A DNA stretch of 59,332 bases, filler included, from Sphacelaria rigidula (Eukaryota): NCBI GenBank assembly GCA_964200075.2. It is 5 parts of 5 records of this genome, joined end to end, with 100 filler letters (N's around TTAATTAATTAA, not from the genome) between each part and the next. Parts side by side here need not be neighbours in the genome. Positions count along the whole stretch, not along the records: positions 1 to 11,788 come from CAXNAA020004500.1; positions 11,889 to 23,675 come from CAXNAA020004501.1; 3 more parts are not named here. One strand, 5' to 3'. The number at the start of each line of letters is the position of its first letter. Within the stretch, counting starts at the first letter, position 1. Below the pieces are notes generated by a model. That model saw nothing but the letters and a program-made list of their open reading frames with translations. It did no database searches and was not told the origin of the DNA. The position numbers were made by a program, and so were the translations under genes. Of this stretch, positions 1 to 12,339 are shown piece after piece.

Positions 1-52
1 TTGTTCTTTTTTAAAAAAAAATTAGTTTTTTTTTTTTGTGTGGGGCTCAGCG

Positions 53-84
<32 letters not shown>

Positions 85-90
85 CGAGGA

Positions 91-127
91 AGCAACAAAT
101 GAGTACGCCCCCCCCCCCCTCCCCCCG
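91..127 (+). mobile_element. Extreme 3' remnant of the LINE family seen at 40515-42822, set in poly(C)
   Basis: AGCAACAAATGAGTACGCCCC matches the LINE end AGTAACGAATGAGTACGTCCC (42761-42781) at 18/21 positions; both run into C tracts. Confidence 0.55.
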
Positions 128-179
128 AAAAATAGTGGCGTGTTTGAATGGACAACATCTACACACGAACCAAAATGAC

Positions 180-335
180 AGAAGCCCAGCGCACCGCGCA
201 GCTGGGAAACTCCCACGGTTGGCATAAGATTTGCCAATGTCGCCCATATGATACGCTTCGTGCAGTCTAAAACCAGAAGTCATGCGATGTATAGCCATTT
301 CCTTCGTGATAGTTTTGGGGCTGGTCTGGGGGTAG
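180..335 (-). repeat. Fragment of the MITE family also at 58367-58620 and 50755-52276
   Basis: Reverse complement aligns by eye with the CCAAACCAGCCCC...GCTGCATGAAGCG...ATATGGGCGACATT...TTCCCAGCTG core at 58399-58525. Confidence 0.6.
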
Positions 336-1594
336 GTTGTCGCGGCATTACCCACGTGGGGAATATGACATTTATAACTGAAATGGCTTCAACTTCCTGT
401 GTTTTTCTCTCGTGAACTTGGGTCAATTCCTGTGCATCGATGGTTTGATGTGTGAAAGCATCAGCAGGTAGGTCCTGAAACCAGGCTGTGCAAAGCTGCT
501 GGAGCACAAAATGCCGTCAACTGGCCCAGGTCGTATAGCAGTTCCAAGCGGGTCATGCACGTGGACCAAGCTCATCGATGATCTAGTAGACGGGATCACG
601 TTTCATTACAGCATACCACAGCTTATTACAGACGGCTATTCCCACCTTGCGCACGTACGTTCCTGGAGAAGAATAACATGAAATAGCATAACAAAACACC
701 TGGACACAATATTGCCATGTGCCAGTATAGGCACGGTATCATCGACCCTTTCAATTGCGAACCTCGAGACCAAATTTCCTGCACCGCCAACCAGAGTATT
801 CGACGCACGAGCAAAGCACATCATCCGTAACTAATTCAATATCAGGCATTTATTCAAAACGGCCGCGGCAATAATACCGAAGCGATCGAAAGGTCGAATG
901 AGGGGAGTCCTACAAAAGCATCGCCCGCAGTTCCACATGCTTTTAGCATTTCGCAAACGCTCGCAGATATGAGCTCGAGAAAGGAGAACGATTTAAAAAA
1001 GGGGGGGGAGATGGCTAAACAGATTGAACAGAAGACACTGTCAGAAACAGCATAAGGAACAGAAAGGAAAGGAAAAGAAAGGGAGAGACGGAAGAAGAAA
1101 GAAGAAAAATTCTACGCCAACATGTAGCACTATTGATCCCGGGAGAAAATCTTCGATATGCCCCCGCCGCATGGCTTTAGGCGATGAGATGGTACAACTT
1201 TAAAACAGGACGAGACAGGAGAAGGCAATTTAATGTTTTGTGTGCGGATCATTTGAATGGCAGACCAGAAGCTCGTGTTGTACTCCATTTTCAGTGCAGC
1301 AGAGTAAAAGGCGCGGCGGCCATCGGAGATTGCAGTGTTTTCTAGGAATTTTCTCGCTAGATCTTGTTATGTTACGATATCCTACCAGGTGTTGTATTCG
1401 CATGCACCTGAAGGCAAATGCACGGACATTTACACAGGCAAGCTTCGAAGATAGAACACTGCCCGTGAAGTCACAAGACGAATGAGATATCCCGTCTCAG
1501 ATATCCCGTCTCTGCCGAGCAGATCATGAATACCAGTTCACCCACCGAACGTGCCCTTCCCTTCGCGCGTTTTGCTCTTGCTCGCACACTCTAG

Positions 1595-2393
1595 TTGCAA
1601 GACCTAGGATAAAGTTGCAATCATCTAGGAAGAACAGGTCAAGCACGATCGAGAATGAACACGCTCGACTTGCCAGCTCCAAGTCTACGCCGGCTTCACC
1701 ACGTAGCGTTCGCAGCGAGCCACCTCGTCACGGAGGGCCGCGAAGTATGTTTACAAGTTTGCTGGGCGCTCCCGCGGATCAAGGGATCAGCCCCGGGATT
1801 TTTTCCAAGCGTTCGCGATGCAGTTCGGGCTCTTCAAACGCGGGAGAGGGGGATACGAGCAGCAAGAACCGCTCGGTATCATTCATACCGTTTCTCAAAC
1901 GACCACAGAGCGATTTGGGCTGTAACACTAGCTATCGTGGTGCTCCACCATCGAGTATGTCAACTGCCGGCGGTTTTGAGGCATCGTTTCTTTCCTATCC
2001 CAATCTTGTGGATGTACTGTCCAACACAACAACGGAGCCGTTCGACCTCAAGTCCTTCCTGGATTTCACCGAAGGTCATGTGAGTATCGTATCTATCGGC
2101 TGGGGCCAGTCAGCAGTCATCGTGCCAACCACTTGTAACATGCACATGACCAGCGGGTTGGTAATTTGTGGTTTTGTGGCAAGCAGCTATTTTGCTTCTA
2201 GCTCGTGCATAACACCCGACCCTCCGTACTCTTGAACAAACCCGCAGCGCTCCGAATACTACTACTTATCCCGACGGTTGTGGCACCCTTCGGGTAGTGG
2301 GTACAGTAGTGCGATTCAAACCCTAGCCGTATAGATCCATTGGAGGTATGTCAGGCGTGTGTTAGGAGTGTTGCACCAACAACTCCTGCTTGT

Positions 2394-2433
<40 letters not shown>

Positions 2434-5400
2434 CGCTGCTTCCTTTGTGAGGCCGTTGCTTCTGTCTTTTTCTGTTTATTCCCTCGCTTTTTTTTCCATT
2501 ATTCTGTTTGTTTTTGCTGTTGCTCCTGACCACGAGCTGGATTGTTGCAATCAGCTAATGTGAGATAATCAATCTATTAATCAATGTATCAATGAATCAA
2601 GTCGAGAGCATCGTGGTCGTGGTGGGCGGTGCCCTTGCACCCGCAGCCATTCCCATGACTGTTCAAACTGTCCATTGAAATCTCGTGCTGTTGGGATGAG
2701 TGTTCCAATATCAATAGTAGTAGTAATAGTAATAGCAGTACAATACCTACTTGATGGCGATACAGCATGCCATGGTTATGGCGCCGGTGGGTGAGGTGTG
2801 CTGGGCGCGAAACGCTTGGCACATCGAGGTCTACTTGGTTGATCTGTCGTGGTTCAAGAATAAAGAAACAACACTGGAACGCTGGATCGCAATTTGCATG
2901 GAGCTTCTAGAATACCCTCTAGTTTGGTGCAAAATAACTTGCTCTCCATTCTTGAATAATGTACAATGTGCATACAGCAGGTGGCTGCTAGAAATGGCAC
3001 TAAATGGTTGTCGAACTCGAACACTAGGCTGCGGCCTCTTTGGTTTTTTCTCTGCAAATGCTCTCTGAGGGTTCTCGGTACTCGCTACAAGCTAGAAGCG
3101 CAGGCAATGGCTTAAAGATCTCAGACATTGTTCTAGCCACGTTGCCAAGCTAGTATGAAAACGACAGTCGTTATTTCACGAGCAACGTCAACGTCATAAC
3201 ATACACTTCGCCCTTCAGCGACTCACTCCATCACTCTATCGAGCTTGACTGGGGAACTTGACACTCTGGTTGAAGCAGGTACTTCGGCCACGCATGTATA
3301 CAGAGTCGATCGAGACTGGGGTGCATGTTGAGGTAGCCAAGTCTCATCATCTCCGTAAGCGCGAACTTAGTTAGGCCAAGTGCCATGCCCCCCGGCGAAG
3401 CACGTTGACTTGGAGTAGGGTGAGGGATGGGGGGACTACGAGTACGACCGAAGATAACATATTATGGCAGTTTCAGATATTTTACGTGAAACTCACCGCG
3501 TTCTCCATGAAGAGATGCTTCATCATGTTTGCAATGCACTCACGAGTGCACGTGCCCTGAGTTTCACAGTAGCTTGGGTAGCGAGTACTCCAGGGTATGG
3601 AGGAGTATCGACTGCCAGAGCCAGTGGGAATCCCGTAGTATCTGGAGTCTTGAAAGATATCATATTCAGTACACAAGAGTACCCACGGATGTTTTGTACC
3701 TCGTACCTCACTCTAACCTGAGCACCTGTGAGGGGTCGAGATGGATAGTCTGAGTTGCCAGAAGAGCGGAAATATATTTGGGAGAATTGTTTTCAATTCA
3801 CATAAGACTTGAAAATGTTTAGGAAAGTTGTTGTGAGCAGATCTCTCTGACAGTATCCCGAACTCGTGATCTGCTCTGATGCTTTTGTTGGATATTGCAC
3901 CCTCACTTCACACCAGCCCTGGCCCAATCGCACCTGCTGGTGAGCTGTTGGATTGCGTTGAGCAATGCTTAGTATCGAGATACCGAACCAACGGTACACA
4001 CACAAGCAGCTGTACGAAGGCCTGTGAAACTGTCAAGAGTGTGTTGGCTACTGTACTATACGGTATTTCCTTACTTCCTACATTTGGGTATTTTGGCAAC
4101 TCTTACCCCAACCCTTAGGCCGCTCCCTACAACAGACTGAAAAGAATATCTGGAAAAGTGCCTTTTTTGAGCTTCTACGTCGTTTTACGCCCCAAAATAG
4201 AGGTAGGCGGAGTTTGACACCTTGAAATGACTTGCTCCACTAGTTGAGGCGGTTCCAGGACATGTTGCCGTTTTCCGATGGCCGCACTTTTCATTTTGGC
4301 CAAACAAGAGTTTTTATCCAAGAACGGTAAAAAAAACGGTCAAATCTAGAGGACTGCTTTTACCGTTCTTGTACAAAAAATCTTGTTTGGCCGAAATAAA
4401 AACTGCGCCTACGAAAAAACGGCAAGATGTCCTGGAACCGCTTCAACTAGTAGAGCAAGTCATTCCATGGTGTCTAACTCGGCCTAGCTCTCTTTTGAGG
4501 CGTTAAACGACGTAAAAGCTCCAAAAAGGCACGTTTCCAGATTTTCATTCTTGTGTGTTATGAGGAGCGGCCTTAGACGGCGATCGTCACCTCGGAACAG
4601 TTTCACAGGCTGACAGTCCGGAGCCAATCGGGGGTTTCCAGCGGCAGGGAGTTTTTTTCCGGGGGAGGGGAGGGGGGGGGGTCTGTCCGCAAAGCAGCCG
4701 AAAAGCTCACCAAAGTTGATCATGTGTGTTTGGAAGTTCCCTGCGGAAGATTCGAAGCCAGGAACGAGGCCTGAAAGGCGCCTGCCTGACGCCTCATGTG
4801 TTGCCAGCATAGCTCCACACTGTCTGTAGTGTTATTGCTGAATACTGAGCAGAGATATGAGCAGCATGCAGTAGACTGTGTTCAGTGAAGAGCGATGGTA
4901 CGCTGACTCTTTCTTGCTGTTGTATCCAGCGGAGACATACCGCACGCATGCTGACTCTGTACGCTTTTGACTGCACAATCAGCAGCGGCCAGGGGCTCTC
5001 CGGAACAACTTTGTATATGGATACCCAGCATCCCTACGTTAATGAAAGAGGCATTTTGTGTAGCGAGAAAAGAGCTGTAAGACCTTCTGAACCCCAAATG
5101 TGGCATAGTTCAACTCAGTCCACCGCGGGGGGGTCCCTGTCTAAGGGTATAACCCTTAGACAGCGAGCGTCGCCTCGAAACAGTTTCACCGGTTGACAGT
5201 CCACGGACATCCGAGGGTTTCCAGGGGGCGGGAGGAAGGGAGTGTATTCATGATCAGGGGGCGCGCGGAGGGGGGGTGGGGGCCTTTTCGTAGGACAGCC
5301 GAAACGCTCACCAAGTCAACCATGTGTGTTTGGAATTTTACCACGGAAATTTCGAGACAGGAACGAGGCCTAAGAGAAGCGGAGTGGCCATTCTGACCAA

Positions 5401-8400
5401 TCGCGGCTATCAAAATGATCACTTTGTTCCCCTACAGGTGGACTACAGGTGGAATGCTTCTCTGTCTAGCCGTATTTCTCTTGGTGGTATTGATGATTCA
5501 ACCATCGATAAGATGGACACACTGCCTGTAGTGTTGTTGCGGAACACTAAGCAGAGATATCAGCAGCATTCAGTAGACTGTGTTCAGTGGACAGCGATGG
5601 CACGCTGACTGTTTCTTGCTGTTGTATCCAGCGAAGACATGGAACACACACACTGACTCTGCACAGAATTGACTGCAGGGCCAAAGCCGTTCAGGGATTC
5701 TTCAGGATTATTCTCTATATAGATGCCAAACATTCAAATCTTGATGAAAAACAAATTGCGGATTGTGTAGCGAGAAAAGAGCTGCTGTGAACTCCAAACG
5801 TGGAATAATCCATCTCAGTCCACCTGCGGGGGGGTCGCTGTCTAACGGTAAATACCCAAAACTTGGGTAGAATATTGAGATCGGACTCAACAATACCCAG
5901 ATATTGGGCAGAGTGTTGCGATCGTTCCGAACATTAGCTAATATTCGGGTAGGTTTGGATATCCGACCATCGCAACACAAACTTCGACAGAGTAAATACA
6001 CGGGTATTCACCCTACCCAACACTTGGTCTCACCGAATACTCGAGATTTGAATAAAAAAAGATACAGGGCTGCAGAGTACGATAATCAACCAGACAACGC
6101 CGTTTAGCATCCGCATCAAAACTTCTATACATGGCTTACTCAAACAGACGCCTCCATCACGTTACTGGGTAGTCGTCAACTTCTGAACACTGCTGTACAG
6201 TCACTGAAAGAGTGCAAGATATGTAACATCGGCTAATACCTGCACAATATCACTTACGTACGTATCCGCATTCTATAAAACGGAATCACAGTTCATGTAG
6301 ACGATTTCAACCGTCGTGATTGACATTCTTATGACAACCCAAGTTTCGACCGAGACCCTCCAGCATGTATTCTATTCGGCCCGTAGCAATAGAGGAGGGA
6401 AGTGTGAGCCATGCTACGATAGGGGGACGGAGGTATTTTGGGCCGTTTTCTTCCACGAAAGTCTACTTGAAATCATCATTAAAGCAGCAACGGTTGTTCA
6501 AACGCGCTTGTTTCCGATAAATAAGGCTCATTCATACTGCTTGACACCGCTCTTGCCCAGAACCAAGCGCACCGCGAGTGTGCTAGGTCGTCTGAAGCAT
6601 TTATGAGCCCATTTTTTCGTGGAACAACACCCCCACTCCCCCCCTATTGTAGCATGACTCGTGTGTTGTATTGACGCAGTGGGTCAGTGCAAGCAGTTTG
6701 TTTCCTGTTCAGCAAGTTTAGCAACCGACGTGCAAACAATCGTAAGTAAAAACGTGATCGTACTTTTTAATTTGCAATATTTCAAGTAGGCGCAACCAAT
6801 CATATGGGCGGACAGCATGCTGACCAAGCTAGAACGACCAAAAAGAAGCGCCAGTGGATGGAAAGATGAGATAAGCAGGATGAGCAAGAACCAAAACTGC
6901 CGCCAAAGTGATGCAACTCTGCGTTACGCCTACTCAAGTCATGGTTGAAAAAAGCGCATTGGTTGCTACTCCAGTGCGCCTTTGAGATGAGTCAACTGAT
7001 TGCGGTGCAGAACGGAAATGCCACATACCCGGCCCTTACTCAATCCCCCCATGGGGGGGGGTCAGCCCGCCCAAGACGATTGTGTGACTAAATCAACTCG
7101 CATGCCAGCGAGGGAACGCACCGTTCAAGCGCGCGAAGGCTGATTGACACAGCAATGGCTTCATTCAGTGCACACCCTTGCTCCGACCAGCCGGCGGCGG
7201 TAGCGTGCGCAGAGTGCGATATGACGACCACCTACGTTTGCGACGAATGCCAGTAGCTCCTTTTCGCGCACGCAATATTGGAATCTGTCGCTTGCTGCGC
7301 GATCGGCGCATTCTACTGCTTTTACCCTATGGCAATCAAGTGGTGAAATCGTTTCCGGCACACATGCGCATCGACGATAGGTTGCTTCGGCTCCACACCC
7401 ACCGCATGATGACAGGGTGCGATGAGGCCAAGGACAAGGTGTCGCTATGGACCATGCCAATACACTACTGCCGTGGCATCATGCCGGGAGCCAAATCTGG
7501 CTGTGCTAGGTGGTGCGGAATTAGCGTACTGATATACGGCCGGAGGTATCTCAAGCTCGAGGTTCCCGGTATATTTCAACATCAAATTACTGTTACTAAT
7601 AAACATACCGGGTACCTCAAGTTTGAGGTGCTGTACGTTCACTGTTGCACCATCGTATTCTCCTGTGAATGAAGAATAACGTTTTCCCAACAGGTGGTGG
7701 GACTATAGTACTGTGAAACGCCATACTGCGTACCGAACGTCACTGTGCGCACGCATGCCGCCCTGGACAAGCACTCCTGCCGCATTCCCATTCGTAGTCT
7801 GTTTTGAACAAGGATATGTGGTACGTGCGTACTGATACCCCTATACAGACTTGATATTTCTGTGCACCTATGTGCGTTGTATATTCACGTGTGTATGTAC
7901 ACTTCGTAGCATATTTACGCTTGTATTTTCATAAAAGTATTTGCGTTTCTCGTGCCACTCATATTCTTGAATTTTGAAAAAACGTACGTCGAGAGACGTT
8001 TGCACAGGCGCACAGGCTACGGCCTCCCGGAGACCAGAACTTCCTACAACATACGAGTAGGTCCCGCCTCCCCTCCCTTACGGGTGGGAAATATTTCAGC
8101 TTTGGGATACCTCAACTTTGCGCATACCAAACTTTAAAAAGTTGTAGATGGGTACACTAAACGCAAGTACTTTCGTCTTCTGTAGTCTAGTTTTTTAGTA
8201 GTTTTGGCTACTGTCTTGGATGCAGAGTGAACATGCTGTTCGCATGTGATGAAGACCGACTGTGTTTAATCCAAGTCATTAGTGTGACCACACAAACTCA
8301 GATGATCTGTATTCCTGTACACGAAACCCAAGGAAAGCCAGTCGTTGGCAGTCTGAAGTCTGAAGTCGAGGACTTTGAGCTACAGGTATCGAGGAGTTTG

Positions 8401-10191
8401 GCTGAAACCCCCGTACTGCTCCTAAATTTGCACGTCAAGTATCTGAAAACGTTCAGCGAGGTCACTTTTGAACTGGACTTTATCTTTCAACAGCGTTCGA
8501 TGAAGTTGTGCTATTCTGAAAGATACTCTGCCGAGGTGTGAGCAGCTTTGTGGTGCGGACGGTGCGAGAGAAGATACTGTATCTTTAGTGTTCCGTTCTA
8601 TCGTACTTGCGTTCTTTTCTGCGGCGTGCGAGTGGTGACAGTATTCTCAGAATATACCGGTACTAAAGGGTCTTGATGTGTGGTACCACCACTTGCGGTG
8701 TCGTTACTAACCTTTAAACTACACCACTAATCACTATTTCTTGGACATCGAGTGAGCATGACCACAGATAAGGGGACACTGCCCCTATCCTCCGCCCCCC
8801 CCCGAACTTGGGTGTTGGTCTGTTGATCTGTGCTTCAAATAAAATGTGCGACAACCGCACCGTGAGATCTGTTCATTTCCCACATACCGTCTCATGTACA
8901 AGGTGGGTTCGAGTATGTCGTAATGCCGTGGCCATGTGATTTGCAAGCCGTGCCTGTTGATGAACCAGCTATCGCCAACCCCGCGTTCGTGTAAACCGTT
9001 GTTGTTGGTGCACGTCAACATCAAATGTCCCGACATGTTTTGCATCAGTGGATGGACGAGAACGTGTTATTTTTCTTGGAAGTGAAAGCCTTCAAGATGG
9101 CAGGCGGTGGCGAAGCGACCTACCTGACGTACATCAAGAGAATGCACGACATTTACATCGCGCCCGGAAGCCTGAGAGAGGTTGGTACTTCCAGTTACTC
9201 CTTCCTGTCAGAGCAAAAGTAGTGTTGAAGCTAGGCACTGCTAATGATAAATTTAGAACGACGAGCGTTGCAACACGCCAACAGAAGACATGGAAACAAA
9301 CCCCCTTTCAAACAAAATTGCTCTAGCTGGAGGGAGACATCTGACTTGGGGGTCGGGCATCCCAAAACTAGCCTTTCCCATCAGCGTTGACATGTTTCTC
9401 ACTTGTTGACACGTGCTTCGAAGCGTTTCGTTTACCTAGTATCATCGCCATCAGGACGCCTTCGTATCTCGGTCACGAGTAGCCCATATGCGATGAAATG
9501 CATGTGCACACATAATTTCTCGAAACCCTCGTCCATCCCTCATCTGTACGGTCGACGGATCCAGATAAACATTAGTGGTGAAGTGCATGAAGCAACCACG
9601 ACCGCCGTCCGCAGCCTCTTGAAGGAAGCGGCCGTCCCCATCATGGAGCATTCGTCGTCAGGCGATCCCGCCGACAGTGATTCTCCGTCACGTGGAGTCA
9701 GCGAGCCCGAAAACAACAACGACGGCATCCAAGAAATCGTCCACCCGGGCGTCTCATCGCAACCCAAACCTTCAGGCGAGCCTGGTGTCAAACAAAACGA
9801 ACCCTTGGGAGCGTGTTTACAGGAGGACGAGCAGCAACAAGTCACGCCGATGGCTTTGCAGCACCTGCAACTTGAAAACGAGGATCAGAGCGTATATTCC
9901 GATATCGACGGCAGGGATGAACTAGGTGCAAGTAGGCGAAGAAGCTGCAGTCACGTGGGTACCGACGAAGTGCGCCTTTCAACTTCAAACACGCGAGCAA
10001 ACGCCCAAGTCATCTCAGATGCTTGGAACACCGCAGAGGTAGAGAAGTTAGTGGAGCTCGGGGATGGGGGAGGGTTCGGAGATCGTTCGATATTCGACAG
10101 AGCGTCGCAAGATATATTTCAGGTGCTGCAAATGGATGCGTATCCAAAGTTCGTGGCGCATTGTCTGAGGCGAAGTTTGGCACTATCTTAG
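1595..10191 (+). CDS. Regulator of G-protein signalling (RGS) domain protein; spliced; 5' end uncertain. Exons ~1595-2079, 9049-9180, 9565-10191
   Basis: Phase-0 GT-AG joins (cat|gtgagt at 2080; cag|tgg at 9049; gag|gttggt at 9181; cag|ata at 9565) rebuild PNLVDVLSNTTTEPFDLKSFLDFTEGH|WMDENVLFFLEVKAFK...MHDIYIAPGSLRE|INISGE...IFDRASQDIFQVLQMDAYPKF, matching the RGS motifs ENxxF, IYxxYI, EVNI and FDxAQxxIxxxMxxDxYPRF. Confidence 0.85.
2395..2433. repeat. (TGT)n microsatellite, ~13 units
   Basis: Direct reading of the sequence. Confidence 0.95.
4112..5147. mobile_element. TIR element copy 1 (CCCTTAGAC...GTCTAAGGG), interrupted by the Harbinger-like MITE
   Basis: Terminal inverted repeats; colinear similarity to 5153-5848. 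Confidence 0.7.
4118..4572. mobile_element. PIF/Harbinger (Tourist)-like foldback MITE with TTA target-site duplication
   Basis: TTA|GGCCGCTC...GAGCGGCC|TTA; arms are imperfectly complementary over ~200 bp; an empty site (CCCTTAGACAG) is visible in the paralogous unit at 5153. Confidence 0.85.
5153..5848. mobile_element. TIR element copy 2 (CCCTTAGACAGCGA...TCGCTGTCTAACGG), head-to-tail with copy 1
   Basis: 14-bp TIR with 1 mismatch; internal blocks shared with copy 1 (e.g. CAGTAGACTGTGTTCAGTG, TTCTTGCTGTTGTATCCAGCG). Confidence 0.75.
6410..6656. mobile_element. MITE with TIR CATGCTACGATAGGGG
   Basis: CATGCTACGATAGGGG...CCCCTATTGTAGCATG; homologous copy at 49755-50159. Confidence 0.75.
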
Positions 10192-11788
10192 CCGTCACGA
10201 TAGTTCAGCCTCCGGAGGGGGTGAAGTCCCCTTCAAATTGGGAGAGTTGGATGAAGTTGCAGGGTGAATGTCGGTGTGGGTGGGGTACCCGGGTCGGCCC
10301 GAAAGTGATCCACAGGTGATGTGTGGTAGCTTCGATTTCGTCACTGATGCAACTGTCTGTGCCGATGATCAAACGGTCAGACACGCCGAACTTTGTTCGC
10401 TTCGTTTTGGCGAGGTGGTGCAGGGAAACTCTACCCTCGACGCATAGTGCTGGTGATGCAGAGACTGTTAAACCGTGGGCACATGCATGGTTGCGCTGTC
10501 GTGCTAGTACTTCGCATAGAACATGAAGTTACTCATCTAGAAGCGATCCGACGTGAAAATCCAAAGGAAGAACGCCTCGCCTGTTGACGGGATGCGACAA
10601 GCAGTATGTAAAACAAATGATTGAAAAAGAATAGAGTGGGAATGCACAGAGGTTGAAGCTACTGGCGATCGATTGAAGCTTCTACCCGCACACAGCGCAC
10701 ACAAGATACGCAGCATTAGAAGTTTCAGGCTGCAGGAACAGTTATCACGGGGAAGCAGACAATGTATGAAATGTACGCTTGTACATATGTAACATATGTT
10801 GTAGATGGGCGCACAAAAAACCATGTGGGGGTATCTTGTTTTTGTCTTGGAACGGAGAATACAAGTAATATGGGTGTATTGGTATGGAGACCCCCCACAT
10901 ATGTGTAGGTATGTGTGGGAAAGGGCGTGGTCGGCTCAAACCCGGCGGGCAATACACCCCGGCCTTGGAGGAGTGTATTGGTAAAACTAGGCGATGTTTA
11001 TTGTGTTGCTCGGTGATTGTTCATTCTTGATTTTGGTTGTATTCTTGCTTGGCTCGGCGTGTCAAGTGGGAGCGATGGGCTCTTTCCCCTTTAGTCCGAA
11101 TGGTCACCTGGGGCATCTGATCTTCTGGGGTTAATCTTGTTCCCTCTTTTACTGTGGTACGTCTGTGTTGATTTTTCTGGGTCATATCTCTTTTATTTTC
11201 TTGATGTTCACATATCTTATTTTGTATGGTTAGCCTGTAACCACGGAAGGCGTCAGCATCAGATGGACCAGTACGGATGCTGGAAGGTACTACCCAGAGA
11301 TCGGGACTGCTTTTCATGTGAAGGTAACAATATGCCCAACGTTTTGGTGCCTTATGCAGGCAAAACTGTTACGGACAGTCAAGGTATGAGAGCGTCTCTT
11401 TGGCTTGTCCGTGCACTAGTTCGTTTCTACTATTGTCTCGATTGCGTAGGTTATCATGATCGCTGTACACACGCTGTGGACGCATCTTCAAGTGTCGGGG
11501 AGTAAACATAGAATTTAGCTACTTCAAACAAACATGCGGCATATTCATCCATGTACAGTACAGTATGCATTGACTGTATATACAGGCTCATCATTATCGG
11601 ACAGCAAAAGGCAGAATGATGACAGCAAACGGTATCCGGCACAAGGGATGATCAGTTAAACGCAGAACAGCTCATCCTGAATGTCAGGGTGTCTTGATCA
11701 CAGCTTCAGGCGATGGTATTTCTCTTTTGTAGTGGTGGTTTTGATTGCCTCAATACATTCACATGAGCTTGCAGCTTGTTTTGCTCAC

Positions 11789-11888
11789 NNNNNNNNNNNN
11801 NNNNNNNNNNNNNNNNNNNNNNNNNNNNNNNNTTAATTAATTAANNNNNNNNNNNNNNNNNNNNNNNNNNNNNNNNNNNNNNNNNNNN
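11789..11888. other. Artificial scaffold spacer N44-TTAATTAATTAA-N44 (contig 1/2 join)
   Basis: 100-nt spacer with a six-frame stop linker, identical at four positions. Confidence 0.97.
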
Positions 11889-11957
11889 CCGTGCAAGACA
11901 GATATGCCACTTCAGCCCCATATTTCATATGAACCCCAAAATATAAAATCGGCTGTT

Positions 11958-12339
11958 AAATGAGGTTCGAGCCCAAAACAGTACTTTCTCTACACTTCCA
12001 GCGATGGTTCCCCATGACTTTTTTGTCGTCCTAATGCCCCTTGATCGCGTAGATAATTTTTCAGCGCATTTTACCGACTCTGTGAGCTTATAGCGCTGAC
12101 CAAAACTGCTGTTTTCCCTGATGTCACCCCCCCCTAAAAAATAAGTAGAAATGGCGGTTTCGGACAGCTCTGTAAGCTCACAGAGTCGATAAAATGCGCT
12201 GAAGAAGTATATACGCGATCGAGGGGCATTAGACCGACAAGGAAGTCATCGGGTACCATCGCTGATAGCGTGGAGAAAGTACTGTTTTGAGCTCGAACCT
12301 CATTTCATTGATGAACCCCATTTTTTAGAATCCTCTGTT
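11958..12339. mobile_element. Foldback (palindromic) non-autonomous DNA element abutting the Gypsy relic
   Basis: AAATGAGGTTCGAGCCCAAAACAGTACTTTCTC (11958) pairs with GAGAAAGTACTGTTTTGAGCTCGAACCTCATTT (ends 12305), with ~150-bp arms; the right end ...AGAATCCTCTGTT resembles the ends at 50845/52075. Confidence 0.75.

Noticed and set aside
11833-11844. TTAATTAATTAA as a biological motif
   Set aside because: Always centred in N runs; an assembly linker with stops in all six frames
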